Of a stretch of 64,000 bases of DNA, positions 20,201 to 30,419 are shown piece by piece (position 1 is the first letter of the stretch; every line of letters starts with the position of its first letter). The stretch spans positions 248,001 to 312,000 of the IMG/VR virus record IMGVR_UViG_3300032240_001991. The stretch is one strand, 5' to 3'. The notes under the pieces were generated by a model that worked only from the letters and a program-made list of their open reading frames with translations, ran no database searches and was not told the DNA's origin. The translations under genes and the position numbers were made by a program.

Positions 20201-23200
20201 GTAAATCTAAATGTTTCTCCGTCACAGATAAAACTTTCTGTAACAGTAGAAGTATTAATTTGCTGATTAGAGCTAATACGATCAAATTTCATTTCAACAG
20301 TATTGTTTCTAACTTTACCGTTAATCATAACCGGATAGGCTTTAGCAGTAACTAGTTCAGTTGAACCCCCGCCTACAATTATAACGCTTGGAGTTTGAAG
20401 GTATCCGCTGCCACCATTAGTAACTACAACTCCAGTAACCTTACCGAGAGAAATTCTTGCTTCTGCTGTTGCACCTGAGCCAGTGTCTCCTAGGGCTGGT
20501 ATAATCTCTACTGTAGGAACCGAAGTATAACCAGCACCCGGCTTTTCTACAATTATACTACCAACAGAGAGTTTGTAGTTGTCTGTCCACGATTTCCAAG
20601 GATAGACACCTGATAATTCGTCTCCTGGATTGACTGTTAAAAATTGATCAGTATCTCTATCATAGTATGCTGGAGAATCAAAATCAGTAATATAAGAGTT
20701 TGAAGGTTCAAGTAAGTTATAGTTAACTTGATAATTTCTTATCTTAGTATGATAAGGTTTAACTTCTTCTATGTACTGCTCGTAATATTGACTGTTTTGG
20801 AATTTAAAAACAGGACGTTGATCTAATGTTCCTGCAAGATTCCTTACATTAATAAACGCTGTCTTAAATGCCCAATCTACAAATTTCTGTTCACTCATTG
20901 CATATCTTACTGCTTTAAAGAATAAGTGATTCCAGTAAACTTTTAAAGAACCTATAAAAATATCTTCTTTAATTGCCTTTAAGATATTAATTAACTCCAT
21001 TTCTGGTGTTTGATCGTATAATGTTTGATCGTATGTGAAGTGGTAATCAAAGTTATACCAATTGTTAGTTATATTCCATAAGTTATCTTTAAACTTAATA
21101 GTTCCGTTTTCATTAACCATTAGATTATATTTGTCAGTGTAGTCTCCTGCTGACGACACTTTCTGTAGAATAATGTATCTTCCGTTGCCTTGATTTTTAA
21201 CTTTAACGTAATCACCGTTATTGACTGTTATCTCGGCTAATTGATAAGTTTCTTCTACAGTCTCAGCTAATGGCTTTAGGCTATCAAAGTCTTGACTTAC
21301 CCAGTTTATGTAATCCCAATACTGAGTAGTGTCAAAGTCTTGCGTAAAGACTTTGACCCAAGATTTTCCTTGCCATTCGTATTTTGCCCAACGATTGTTA
21401 CTATTTTCGTCAGTTTTTACAATAACTGTATATGGTCTAACTTTAAGTTCTGGTGCTTTTAAGTATCCCTTTCCTGAATTTTTAATAGTAGCCGCAGTAA
21501 CTCGGCCGTATTGATTTATTACTAGATCAATTTCTGCATCTGAAGTATCGTTTACAACGGTTACTAGCGGTCCTGCCCATGATGTTGCCGTGCTTCCTGT
21601 ATAGGTAACAGGCAATAACGGTGCATATCCTGTACCAGAATTAACAATGTTAATTGTTGTAATAGTACCAGTTGTAGAGCTAATTGAACAAGTTAATTTT
21701 GCTTGTACTAGATCAGCTGTTTTAATAGAACTTAAATCTCCGTAGCTATCTACAATTTGATCATATTCTCTAGAATATACATCAGGAATCTCTCTCTTAG
21801 AGTTTAAATTTTTAAAATTTACCTGATCCGTTATCAAATATCCTGCTACTACGCCGTTAACATAATCAATAACGTTACGTAGAGCTTGGTTTCTATCAAC
21901 AAACATACCCTGTCTTGGTCTAACTTCAATTCCATACTTTACTCGATTGCTTAAAGATGGATCAGGTACTAAGTTACCTAAACTATCTCTTCCTACTAAG
22001 CTATCTAATAGCTTTTTATCAAGCATTTCTGTAGGCATGTTGGCAGAATTGCCTTCACCTAACAACAGCCATTCTGTATGTCGAGTAACTGAATTGTTTA
22101 GAGTATCTTTTGAAATATTAAGATAAATTTGATTTCCAACAAGAGTATTCTTAACATTAGCAACTGCTATTGCATTTGGTGCTAATATTGAAACAAACTT
22201 TGAACCGTAACTAGCAGGATCAAAGATTAAGCTTGCTACGGTACTTGCAGGAATCTTTCTTCCCTTTGCATTAGGTAACAATACTTTATTTTTTACCCAG
22301 TAAAAATATACATTAGTAGCCTGACCAGTTGACGGATTGTAATATTGTTTGATGCTCATTACACTATTATCTGGGTACTTAGGTTGTCCGCTAATACCTT
22401 TTGATAGCCCGTCAGTAGTATCTGCTAATGCACTCCATTGACTAGGCAAATACTCTGTTTGTACCCATTCGTAAACATCAATACTTGCACCAGGGAATAG
22501 AGTTCCCCAAGAATTCTTTCGATATTCTAAATCGCTCTGTTCATACCAAACATACTTGACTGTGGACAGATCCCACCATAATTCTCCAACACGATCTTCA
22601 ATCCAACTAGTCTTAGTATTAACTACAACTCCTTGAGTTCCAACACTATAAGTTGCAGGATCAAACGCTGTTTTATATCTAATTTCCTGATCTGCTAATC
22701 CTGAAATTTTTCCTTTAACTGGATCAATAATATCGAGATAATCTACAAGTTGTTCAGATTCTGTATTAACAGTAACTGATCTTTTGATCTTAGTTAAGTC
22801 AATTAAATCTTCTTGCTGTCTAAATATTGACCAACATGTTTGAGAAGCATCAATTACATTGTACTGAAAAACTGCACCTAAAGTTACAAAATTATTAGAA
22901 ATTATCCCCAAAGTATCAGGCGCGCCTATGAAAATATTTCCGTTGTTAACAGCAATAGATTTTCCGTAATTATTTCCGCCGTATAACTCTCCGTTAAGGA
23001 TAGTTAAAGAATTTGCATCAAATAATTCTGTTGCATAAACAAAATATTTGTTTTTTCTTTCATATGTGTAAACTGTTCCTGAATTATTAATATAATCAGT
23101 AAATCTAGTTGATAATCCATCAAACACTGTACCGTCATTAAACGTTAAGGAGTTTTCCTGTATACCGCTTAAGGAAATAATAACTTTTTTAGCATCAACA

Positions 23201-26200
23201 GTTGTTTTTAATTCTGTTCCAAAATTTAAATTGTTATTTTTTAACGGATTATGAATAGTTTGTACCAATGAATAAGATGTTGCTGTACTTACATATTCGT
23301 AAACATAAACACATCCTGGTCCATAGTTATCGTTAATCAAAAACGGCGACGACGCAAACAAATATCCACCATCGTCAGACATAGAAACTGATGTACCAAA
23401 CTGATCACCTATTGTTCCTGTTGGAGGCGTGATAGTCTGTAATAACGAATATGACGATGTACCGGTTGAATACTGGTAAATGTAAACAACCCCTGTTCCG
23501 GTAGACATTGCAGGATTTGCAATCGCTAAGATAGTACCGTCAATATTTCCTGCTAACGAGCAGTTAACTGTCGATGTTCCTAAAGATATTGGAGGCATTG
23601 GTACCGTAATTGCAGTTGTTGAATTAACTGTTAACGTATAAGGGAACACTACTCCTAATGTAGGAGCAGAAACAACCAATGCCTTCCCACCTGTAGTAAA
23701 TTGTGTTTTAGCTACAAATATATCACTACCGTATCTAGATGCTGTGCTAGTGTTTAACACAGAGAGTGTTTTCTCTTCTCCTGTTGCTGGAATAATAGTT
23801 GAAATTTGTACTCTATCTACTGCAGGTGCACCGGCTACAATAACTTGATATTCAGTGTCGTATGCTAGTCCTTTTCCAAATTCAGTAGGTATAGTGATAA
23901 CGTCAATTCCAGAAGCCACCATATTAAGTGTGTAACTAGTAATTGGATAATGGGTTCCGTTAAGTAACCCTAAAACAAATACTCGACCGTGTCCAGAACT
24001 TGAGAAATAATCCGGAGCGGATATTATAAGCTTATCTGCATCCTCTTGAGTTGCAATATTGTATCCGTATCGTTGACCCGGATGATTTACACCACTAAGT
24101 ATTTCTGTTGAAGTAGAATAGTTATGATTCTTCTTATATACTGTCCACGGAGACCAATCATATGTTGCATCACCGGTATCAGTCCAGATTAGTTCGTTAT
24201 CTGCAAAATCAATTTGATCCTGTAGTGCAACTGTATCATCAAAAGATTTAACTCTTACACTAATAAATTTGAACAACAATGCCTGTGTAGTTGCCGGCGA
24301 AACAGTGGCTAATGTTGAATTCACAGAAAAAGAAGTTAACGAAGGTATTTCAATAATTTCATATATTCCGTCAGTTCCGTTATCTAAACCATAAACTGAA
24401 ACAATGTCTCCTACATTTAATTTATGAAAAATATCTGTATAGAAAGTTAATTTAACAGCAGGGATATCTATGTCTGACCCAATTACTTTAATCTGTTGTT
24501 TTGAGTAACGGTAGACGTCCCAATCTCCATTAGGTTTAAATCCTAACCATACAGTGTTACCATCTTGCAAGTTTCCTGCATTTGCAACATCAAACAAGCT
24601 TTGTTTGTTGTACGCTGTTGCAGTTATGTCATCTGATCTAACATATCCTGCTGTTGGCAATAATAGATTATTATTTTTATATGTAGACGATGTGTATGTT
24701 AAAAATACATTATTAGAAGAATAATCATAATTTTTAATTGTTACATCATTAGGAGTAACGTAAGAGATAACATCATTAGCTGTCTTAGGAGCAACATCAA
24801 CAAACTTAATAATTTGATTATTTTCTATAAAATCAGATTCTCTAAGTGGTAATTCAATTTCGTTATAAGAAATAAAATTGCCGTAAGAGCCTACTCTAAA
24901 TGCCCATTCTTCGTCAAATTCAATTTGACCATTTAAATTATGTATACTTGCTTTAGATAGTTTTGATATTGAATTTGCTGTTCCTTTTTCTCTTATAAAT
25001 CCTTGATAGAATTTATATTGAGCAATAGGATCTACTATAATGTTTGTAAGATAACCTCTTGGTGTATAACCGGTTAAATGTTGGGCCATTTTTTGTTGGC
25101 CAATGTCAAAGTTATCTATATCTAAACTATAAAAATCTTCAAATTGATTAATTTTATAATCAAAATTAGGTAACAACTGCGCAATAGGAGAAGACCCTAA
25201 TAAATTCCATTTTGTGAAATTAAAATTAGATGTTCCTGTAATATTTTCATTTGCAGAATAATATTTTCCAGAATATTTTACAACACTAGAAATATCATAA
25301 TCTTTATTTGCTTGCCAAGCTTCAATAGTTACATCGTCGTAAACAAATCCAGGACTTAAGAAATCACCATTCCAGTCTCCTGTAATGAATCCTGAAATTT
25401 TCATTCTAGCCTGACGATAACCTGTTTGTGTGTCATAGACTACATCTCCAAACATACTTGAATTTGCCATAACAATTGCATGTTCTTTCTGTATGAGATT
25501 TAATCTAGCAAAATATAAACCTGCAGGAGTATCTTCGGCACTTATTTTACAAATGCCATTTTCTCTACTTAAACTAAAGTTTTTTGGAGGAAACGGAGTT
25601 CCGTTTGCTGTTAATAAACTATAATCGTAAAAACTATTAAGTACATTATCAACAACAGCATCTGTAAATTTGTATTGTATTTTTCCTGAAAAAGGACTTA
25701 GTGTAATTACTGAGCCGTTAGACCAATTTTGAGTAGTCCAATATAAAAATTCTTTTCCTGAAAAATTCCAATCTAGTACTTGCTCTAAATCTGAATTATA
25801 TTCGTTAAAAATAAATCCTTGATTAGTTAGATATTTCCCGTATCCAACAATTAAATCGTAAACTTCTTGTGTTGTTGAATATTGTGTTCCGTAAGGAATA
25901 ATCGTTTGATTTTGATCAAAATCTTTAGTGATCGATACCGTTGCTCCGCCTATTGTTGGTAAGTTTGCTAGTTTGATATAAGCAGTAACATCAAAAGAGG
26001 ACCCAGAATTGGTACTAGTTGCAACAGAATAATAAGAATTTTCATACTTTACATACTGACCTGCTTGATAGAATGTATTTTCTGTCCAGGTTAGTACTGG
26101 CGGAGATTTTCCTCCTACTGATATAGATGCGTCGTTATTTCTATGTAAAGGAGCATTTATTGTAAAGAATAGATCTTTTTTATCGTAACCCTTAACTAAA

Positions 26201-29200
26201 AATTTTCCATTTTTCTTTTCAACAATTATACCAGAAATTGAAACAAACTTAACCGGATTACTTACATTAAAATGTAAAGCGTAGTCTTCGTTAGGTAGTA
26301 AAACTCCTGGACTTACTGTATTTGGGCTAACTGAATCTATAGTAATCTCTAACTTATCTTTACTTAAAAATCCACCTGCTTTATAAAACAAATTAAAGTT
26401 AACTAATGATAAATCTTGTTTCAGTGCTGCTAGATAATCTAAAGACCTCTTTTTACCAGATTCAATCACCATCACACTATAACCAGATGAAAGAACAGTA
26501 TTTCCATTACTGTCTATATCACTATTAAGATAAACAATTGAAGGATTTAAAAATAAACTATTTTTACCGTACCTGTATTGTCCATCTACATTTTTAACTA
26601 GTCTAATAGGGTCAAACATTTTTGCAGCGTACGATGCTGGCTTAGATAGTGCTAAAATTATTTGCACTGCATACGGCCATATACTGCTACGTCTCCATGC
26701 AGTTTCAGCAGGACCATGATCTCCAAAAGACCAATCTTGATCTGGATTTAATATATTTTCATTCTCAGCAATACTACCCCAGAATCGTAAGTCAATCAAT
26801 TGACCACTATCATCAACTGGAATTATTTTACTTAACCCTGTTCTAACATATGTAGGATCTACTCCAGCACGTTCTCCGTAACGAATTAGTCCTGCTTCTA
26901 AATCTTCCCATAAGTTTAGGTTTCCAGAAGTATAAGGTGCAGGACCATATTCTGATTCCCACCAAGATGGTTTAATACTAAATCCTAACATTTCCCAAGG
27001 ATGTGTATTAGGGCGATCAGTATCAAAGTAAAATTTGTAGATACCTCTCCAATTTCCAGGAACTACAGAATTAAAAAAGTAATCTTGAGTAGATTTATAG
27101 TTATAAGTTTTATGGTTGTCTACGTTATAGTCAACATTTGACGAATAATCTATTCCGTAACTACTGGTCCATTTAATAAAATCTCCTTGTACAATATTAT
27201 AAATTTTATTATAGGAGTTTTTATTATCTCGAAATACTCCCGGAAGTATGTCATTGATATTAATTAAATCAGGATCATATGTTACTTTTATATTATTGAA
27301 CACTCTTCTTTCGTATTCTAAAAGTGCTAGGTCTCTAAAATCGTAATTGCCAATTGCGGCATTTGCAACTGTTGTATATGCCAGCGTAATACTACCATCG
27401 TGGCCTTGTATTACCATGTGGGCATTTACTGCATATGATTCGTCTTTATAAATCATAGGCACATATTTTGGATACAATCCTAATTTGCTAGGAGTTGGCG
27501 GAACGTAGGATCCTACGGTGGTAATATAATCAACCACCGTTATTATGTCACCCCGTGTTAAAGTTGCCGATATTACAACTACAGGGTCTACCAAATCAAA
27601 AGAATAATCAACTCCGTATACTAACAATGAACCGTTTAGGTATATCAATACTGATCTAGTTGAAAGCTGTGTAATATCAAATGTTGAAATTAAAGGATAT
27701 CTAACATTTCTAGCATCTGTAACTGTGTACTTTCTAGTAACATTATTAGTACCATATCCTAGCATATCACTTTGAGAATACGGAAACGTGTAATTTTTAT
27801 TTTTAATAATAGAACTTAACGCTTGATCTAAAACTCCGCTAGGTGATAAAGACGCATCAGATTGGGTGATAAATTTTATTAAATTTAACTTAAATTGATA
27901 ATAATCATTTGCAGTACTACGTGTTGCATTAATTAAATTATGTTCAATGTCAGTTATAAACAGTTGTGCAAACGACATTGGATTATATGATGTAATCATT
28001 CGTGTTCCGTATTTTGTAATAAACGGAAGACTCTTTAGATTACTTACACCAGGGAACACACCAACAAAATTTGGGTCTCGATTAACCATTGTTTGAACAT
28101 GATCACTTAATTCACTAAGAGTAAATTGAGAAATTTGTTCGTTCAGCGGATTGTTAGATGAATTTAAAGGAAATTCATATATACCGTTTTCGTTTGGTGA
28201 CGAAGCGGTATAACATTTAATTAAAACATTTGTTACACTAGTAAACGGTGTAACAAATTGAACATTTAAATTTGTTTTATCTATGACCAATGTATAATCT
28301 ACATCTAACATTAACTTTACATTATTAGAAAATACTTCTATAGTTAGATCTGTAATTAATGCGGCATTATCAAAAACAGTGATAGGTATTAAATTTCCAG
28401 TTGATACAACTTGAAATTGTTGCACCGGCATCTGATACGGCATTCCTTCTTCCCATACGTTCTTATAAGAATATCCAGTATCCTTATTAATTCGTAAGAA
28501 AGTCTTAGATGTAGAAACATCGGTTACTGTATTAGTACCTAATAGAGAAATATTACTTGTATTGAAATAATTTTCAAACAAATAGGATCCTTCAATCCCA
28601 ACATTTTTATAGTTTAACGGAAACCCTAAAACAGGATCAGCTATACCTGTACCTATTGAATATCCAAATAACTTATTTCCTAAAAAGATTGCATTGTAAT
28701 AAGTTTTATCGCTATAACTATGTCCAGTTTCATCAAATAGGTCAAAAAGTGGTGCTTGGTTTAGTACAGTTCTTTGTTGAGAAAGAACCCATTCTAATCC
28801 ATTAAACCAAAATTCCTTTCCTTGTCCCTTAGTTCCTAATAATATTACTGTACTATTACCAAAAATTGGTTCTATTATCTCGGCTAGATTAATCTTTTCA
28901 ACACCGTTAATTAAGCTTAACCCTACTTGAAATATTTTTCCACGAACTAGTGGATCAGGGTCTGCATTAAAAATAATGCGTTGGCCAGGTTCTAATGCAA
29001 CTCCGTCTACAGTATAACTTGTAGAACCTTCAATACTTGAAAATACATCGCTAGTTACTTGGTCAATTAAATCAACTGGATCTAAGCTGTTATTTCCAAA
29101 ATTGTAGAGTTGTATATCTGCTTCAAATTCAACAATAGGACGTCTTGCTCTTAAATTCTGTAAAAGTGTAGGAGTAACACCATTTGCCATTGCTGAAATT

Positions 29201-30405
29201 TCAATAACATCTTGATGGAACCAACGGTTATATCGAGACCAAGGATTAAGATCTTGGGATGATCTATTAATAGTTACATACTCAGGATCAATTGGTAGAT
29301 TTTTAAAACTGTCAAACGGATACTCGTCAAACGGTTCAACGTCAAAATCGTCATCGTATATTGTTGCAAGATTTTCTGGAGTTTGTAATTTAGCAAAATC
29401 AACTAATTTAATAGCATTGCCTACGCCCTCTACTATAAATTCTTTATTATTATAATATTCAGGTGTTACTTGTCCTGCAAATCTAATTTTTAATCCGTTA
29501 ATAAACTCAATACCGTTAGGGGTATTAGTAGTTGGTGCAGTTTTATACGTAACTTTTCCTAATATTTCCTGTTCTACGTCAATTGAAGAATTTTCTTCAA
29601 TGTCTCTAATTAATATAGTTCCTACAACAACATTTTCATTATTACTTGCGTAATATAAAATTCCCGGTAATGTTTCCGGAACAGAAAAAATTATCTGTCC
29701 TTGCTTAATACCGTTATTAAGTATTCCACTAGACTCAGGTAGTGCATCACTATCGCCTGGTAGATTTGTTGTCTTAATATAAAAATTATGAGAAGAATTT
29801 ACATTAAAGACATACGTTACACCTTTATATAAAGTTAATAGCGGGTTTTCAGTTACTCCGTCAGGTGTAAAAATAAAAAAATTCTTATCTGCTGAATCAG
29901 TTACATTATATGTACTAACCGTAGATTTTTGTAACCCAGTTACTGTTATTGTTTCTGGGCCAGTTGTTAGCCAGTAATACTGACTAAAATTTATAAACTT
30001 ATCCCAGTCAATGTGAGGATTGTAAGAATTAACTTCTGGAGAAAATAGAGAATTTAAATTATCCGTTGACCCGCCTTGTACACTTATTTGATTTACTAGA
30101 TCATCAAGTCCAAGTGCTTTCTTAATTGCACCTGATACCGTTTTAATTGTTAACGCAGGCTGAAATTGATATTTGTCTCTGAGAGAATTTTTAGTGCTGT
30201 TAGCATCGTTTACGTAAACATCTGTTACTGAATTATAAGTAGGTGTTAACTTGCTACCAACATATCCGCTAACACGATTAAGCACCGGCACTTTATATAA
30301 TTGATCAATAGTGCTAGATAAAAATTTAGTATTTTTCTTAGTTTGAAAATATGAAGGTAATAAATTTACCGACTTTCTTTCATTTTTTGAAACGTTATTA
30401 GCCAT
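17215..30405 (-). CDS. giant (4396 aa) baseplate wedge protein, T4 gp7-like position
   Basis: Directly after the gp6-like gene; N-terminal LLPSYFQT; YIEEVKPYHTKIR; G.GY...P repeats; FG-GAP-like repeats; AAGGA SD. Confidence 0.7.
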   Translation of the reverse strand: MANNVSKNERKSVNLLPSYFQTKKNTKFLSSTIDQLYKVPVLNRVSGYVGSKLTPTYNSVTDVYVNDANSTKNSLRDKYQFQPALTIKTVSGAIKKALGLDDLVNQISVQGGSTDNLNSLFSPEVNSYNPHIDWDKFINFSQYYWLTTGPETITVTGLQKSTVSTYNVTDSADKNFFIFTPDGVTENPLLTLYKGVTYVFNVNSSHNFYIKTTNLPGDSDALPESSGILNNGIKQGQIIFSVPETLPGILYYASNNENVVVGTILIRDIEENSSIDVEQEILGKVTYKTAPTTNTPNGIEFINGLKIRFAGQVTPEYYNNKEFIVEGVGNAIKLVDFAKLQTPENLATIYDDDFDVEPFDEYPFDSFKNLPIDPEYVTINRSSQDLNPWSRYNRWFHQDVIEISAMANGVTPTLLQNLRARRPIVEFEADIQLYNFGNNSLDPVDLIDQVTSDVFSSIEGSTSYTVDGVALEPGQRIIFNADPDPLVRGKIFQVGLSLINGVEKINLAEIIEPIFGNSTVILLGTKGQGKEFWFNGLEWVLSQQRTVLNQAPLFDLFDETGHSYSDKTYYNAIFLGNKLFGYSIGTGIADPVLGFPLNYKNVGIEGSYLFENYFNTSNISLLGTNTVTDVSTSKTFLRINKDTGYSYKNVWEEGMPYQMPVQQFQVVSTGNLIPITVFDNAALITDLTIEVFSNNVKLMLDVDYTLVIDKTNLNVQFVTPFTSVTNVLIKCYTASSPNENGIYEFPLNSSNNPLNEQISQFTLSELSDHVQTMVNRDPNFVGVFPGVSNLKSLPFITKYGTRMITSYNPMSFAQLFITDIEHNLINATRSTANDYYQFKLNLIKFITQSDASLSPSGVLDQALSSIIKNKNYTFPYSQSDMLGYGTNNVTRKYTVTDARNVRYPLISTFDITQLSTRSVLIYLNGSLLVYGVDYSFDLVDPVVVISATLTRGDIITVVDYITTVGSYVPPTPSKLGLYPKYVPMIYKDESYAVNAHMVIQGHDGSITLAYTTVANAAIGNYDFRDLALLEYERRVFNNIKVTYDPDLININDILPGVFRDNKNSYNKIYNIVQGDFIKWTSSYGIDYSSNVDYNVDNHKTYNYKSTQDYFFNSVVPGNWRGIYKFYFDTDRPNTHPWEMLGFSIKPSWWESEYGPAPYTSGNLNLWEDLEAGLIRYGERAGVDPTYVRTGLSKIIPVDDSGQLIDLRFWGSIAENENILNPDQDWSFGDHGPAETAWRRSSIWPYAVQIILALSKPASYAAKMFDPIRLVKNVDGQYRYGKNSLFLNPSIVYLNSDIDSNGNTVLSSGYSVMVIESGKKRSLDYLAALKQDLSLVNFNLFYKAGGFLSKDKLEITIDSVSPNTVSPGVLLPNEDYALHFNVSNPVKFVSISGIIVEKKNGKFLVKGYDKKDLFFTINAPLHRNNDASISVGGKSPPVLTWTENTFYQAGQYVKYENSYYSVATSTNSGSSFDVTAYIKLANLPTIGGATVSITKDFDQNQTIIPYGTQYSTTQEVYDLIVGYGKYLTNQGFIFNEYNSDLEQVLDWNFSGKEFLYWTTQNWSNGSVITLSPFSGKIQYKFTDAVVDNVLNSFYDYSLLTANGTPFPPKNFSLSRENGICKISAEDTPAGLYFARLNLIQKEHAIVMANSSMFGDVVYDTQTGYRQARMKISGFITGDWNGDFLSPGFVYDDVTIEAWQANKDYDISSVVKYSGKYYSANENITGTSNFNFTKWNLLGSSPIAQLLPNFDYKINQFEDFYSLDIDNFDIGQQKMAQHLTGYTPRGYLTNIIVDPIAQYKFYQGFIREKGTANSISKLSKASIHNLNGQIEFDEEWAFRVGSYGNFISYNEIELPLRESDFIENNQIIKFVDVAPKTANDVISYVTPNDVTIKNYDYSSNNVFLTYTSSTYKNNNLLLPTAGYVRSDDITATAYNKQSLFDVANAGNLQDGNTVWLGFKPNGDWDVYRYSKQQIKVIGSDIDIPAVKLTFYTDIFHKLNVGDIVSVYGLDNGTDGIYEIIEIPSLTSFSVNSTLATVSPATTQALLFKFISVRVKSFDDTVALQDQIDFADNELIWTDTGDATYDWSPWTVYKKNHNYSTSTEILSGVNHPGQRYGYNIATQEDADKLIISAPDYFSSSGHGRVFVLGLLNGTHYPITSYTLNMVASGIDVITIPTEFGKGLAYDTEYQVIVAGAPAVDRVQISTIIPATGEEKTLSVLNTSTASRYGSDIFVAKTQFTTGGKALVVSAPTLGVVFPYTLTVNSTTAITVPMPPISLGTSTVNCSLAGNIDGTILAIANPAMSTGTGVVYIYQYSTGTSSYSLLQTITPPTGTIGDQFGTSVSMSDDGGYLFASSPFLINDNYGPGCVYVYEYVSTATSYSLVQTIHNPLKNNNLNFGTELKTTVDAKKVIISLSGIQENSLTFNDGTVFDGLSTRFTDYINNSGTVYTYERKNKYFVYATELFDANSLTILNGELYGGNNYGKSIAVNNGNIFIGAPDTLGIISNNFVTLGAVFQYNVIDASQTCWSIFRQQEDLIDLTKIKRSVTVNTESEQLVDYLDIIDPVKGKISGLADQEIRYKTAFDPATYSVGTQGVVVNTKTSWIEDRVGELWWDLSTVKYVWYEQSDLEYRKNSWGTLFPGASIDVYEWVQTEYLPSQWSALADTTDGLSKGISGQPKYPDNSVMSIKQYYNPSTGQATNVYFYWVKNKVLLPNAKGRKIPASTVASLIFDPASYGSKFVSILAPNAIAVANVKNTLVGNQIYLNISKDTLNNSVTRHTEWLLLGEGNSANMPTEMLDKKLLDSLVGRDSLGNLVPDPSLSNRVKYGIEVRPRQGMFVDRNQALRNVIDYVNGVVAGYLITDQVNFKNLNSKREIPDVYSREYDQIVDSYGDLSSIKTADLVQAKLTCSISSTTGTITTINIVNSGTGYAPLLPVTYTGSTATSWAGPLVTVVNDTSDAEIDLVINQYGRVTAATIKNSGKGYLKAPELKVRPYTVIVKTDENSNNRWAKYEWQGKSWVKVFTQDFDTTQYWDYINWVSQDFDSLKPLAETVEETYQLAEITVNNGDYVKVKNQGNGRYIILQKVSSAGDYTDKYNLMVNENGTIKFKDNLWNITNNWYNFDYHFTYDQTLYDQTPEMELINILKAIKEDIFIGSLKVYWNHLFFKAVRYAMSEQKFVDWAFKTAFINVRNLAGTLDQRPVFKFQNSQYYEQYIEEVKPYHTKIRNYQVNYNLLEPSNSYITDFDSPAYYDRDTDQFLTVNPGDELSGVYPWKSWTDNYKLSVGSIIVEKPGAGYTSVPTVEIIPALGDTGSGATAEARISLGKVTGVVVTNGGSGYLQTPSVIIVGGGSTELVTAKAYPVMINGKVRNNTVEMKFDRISSNQQINTSTVTESFICDGETFRFTLGWAAENKKANINITLGGVRVLATDYNIETYRKTSSGFGYSYKKLFSDLVLTSAPAQGKVIQITYNKNINLYSAVDRIYSYYQPSINMPGVDPAQLMTGVEYPAAQKQGLMFDYSTNWGLTPFGQSLYGDDVYYYTTASVISVAVTGTDTLMLDNLAGIYPGLRINTVSTSTPYNKFVDPIVTVVSVNTASQLVTFSTSTISTVGLGTLIEFWEFNMVPGVLDTILDGGDLAYTLASGLNPEDIIVDGEGFISPNISHAPEEMIKGEIHESLGMSVYARDPQTGAPVVSETFGEITQTTQTTVLRLLTVPPTTASAIVSFNNELLVPGVDYEFDLVNSTIVIGTQTTTGLVGVSVIGVGGYDYVSSGYTALSNTSTISVSVGVNAEYNTIYATLNGQELLPSQYTLGQGLLTVTGVNPAITNVLQSWVFFGTNRPYSAVREQSIFNNDPARVEWDLFYPLNDNWSADSQAIVEVDSRILIPPNTSYHLFTGVDLKFSIDPNNSYPPNSFGLSSLDVYVNGLRMIPLTDYVVNSVENKVKFRVGLLQLNDVIAITNHEFSDYYFNESRNTIVVRPSADFTYTKIMRIITINNITVEDGIKKEPLIELETFQGRGSRRYEVSRPIFNNNYVWVTVNRKPLVKGIDFYVDADRVTIVLRDSYPYNPSDIVTIMSMYDTSVGNTIGYRMFRDMLNRTEFLRLSKDSSTVLAEPLYPTDKIITVADAGKLALPNLALKIPGVIFIGGERIEYRSVNENVLGNLTRATLGTGAKSVYAIGTSVIDQGARQNLYLSHTPFREITTVTSIMTATGATSYTISALSLNTTTGFVTATNQITVLYGGTPLRKTGFYQHDITVSYDTPAYTLNRSTVATQYDLPPTTVIGTAYLVTSTNEIWSYTASKSESSTATNGYSFTGVRWVEPQFTLTNVVTVGQWSTATLVLNLPTLSTSTGVRIEIVQRIASTNFYELNNTPLIDDTGKIAQFLRDKQATLPDKYYYG
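17228..17233 (-). promoter_or_regulatory. putative late promoter TAAATA, 5 nt before ATG 17222
   Basis: GATAAATA-TTACT-ATG on the - strand. Confidence 0.5.
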
Positions 30406-30419
30406 TATATCAAATTTCC

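Noticed and set aside
17215-30405. Stop-codon reassignment as in some large phages
   Set aside because: Very long ORFs and dense gene packing are obtained with the standard code
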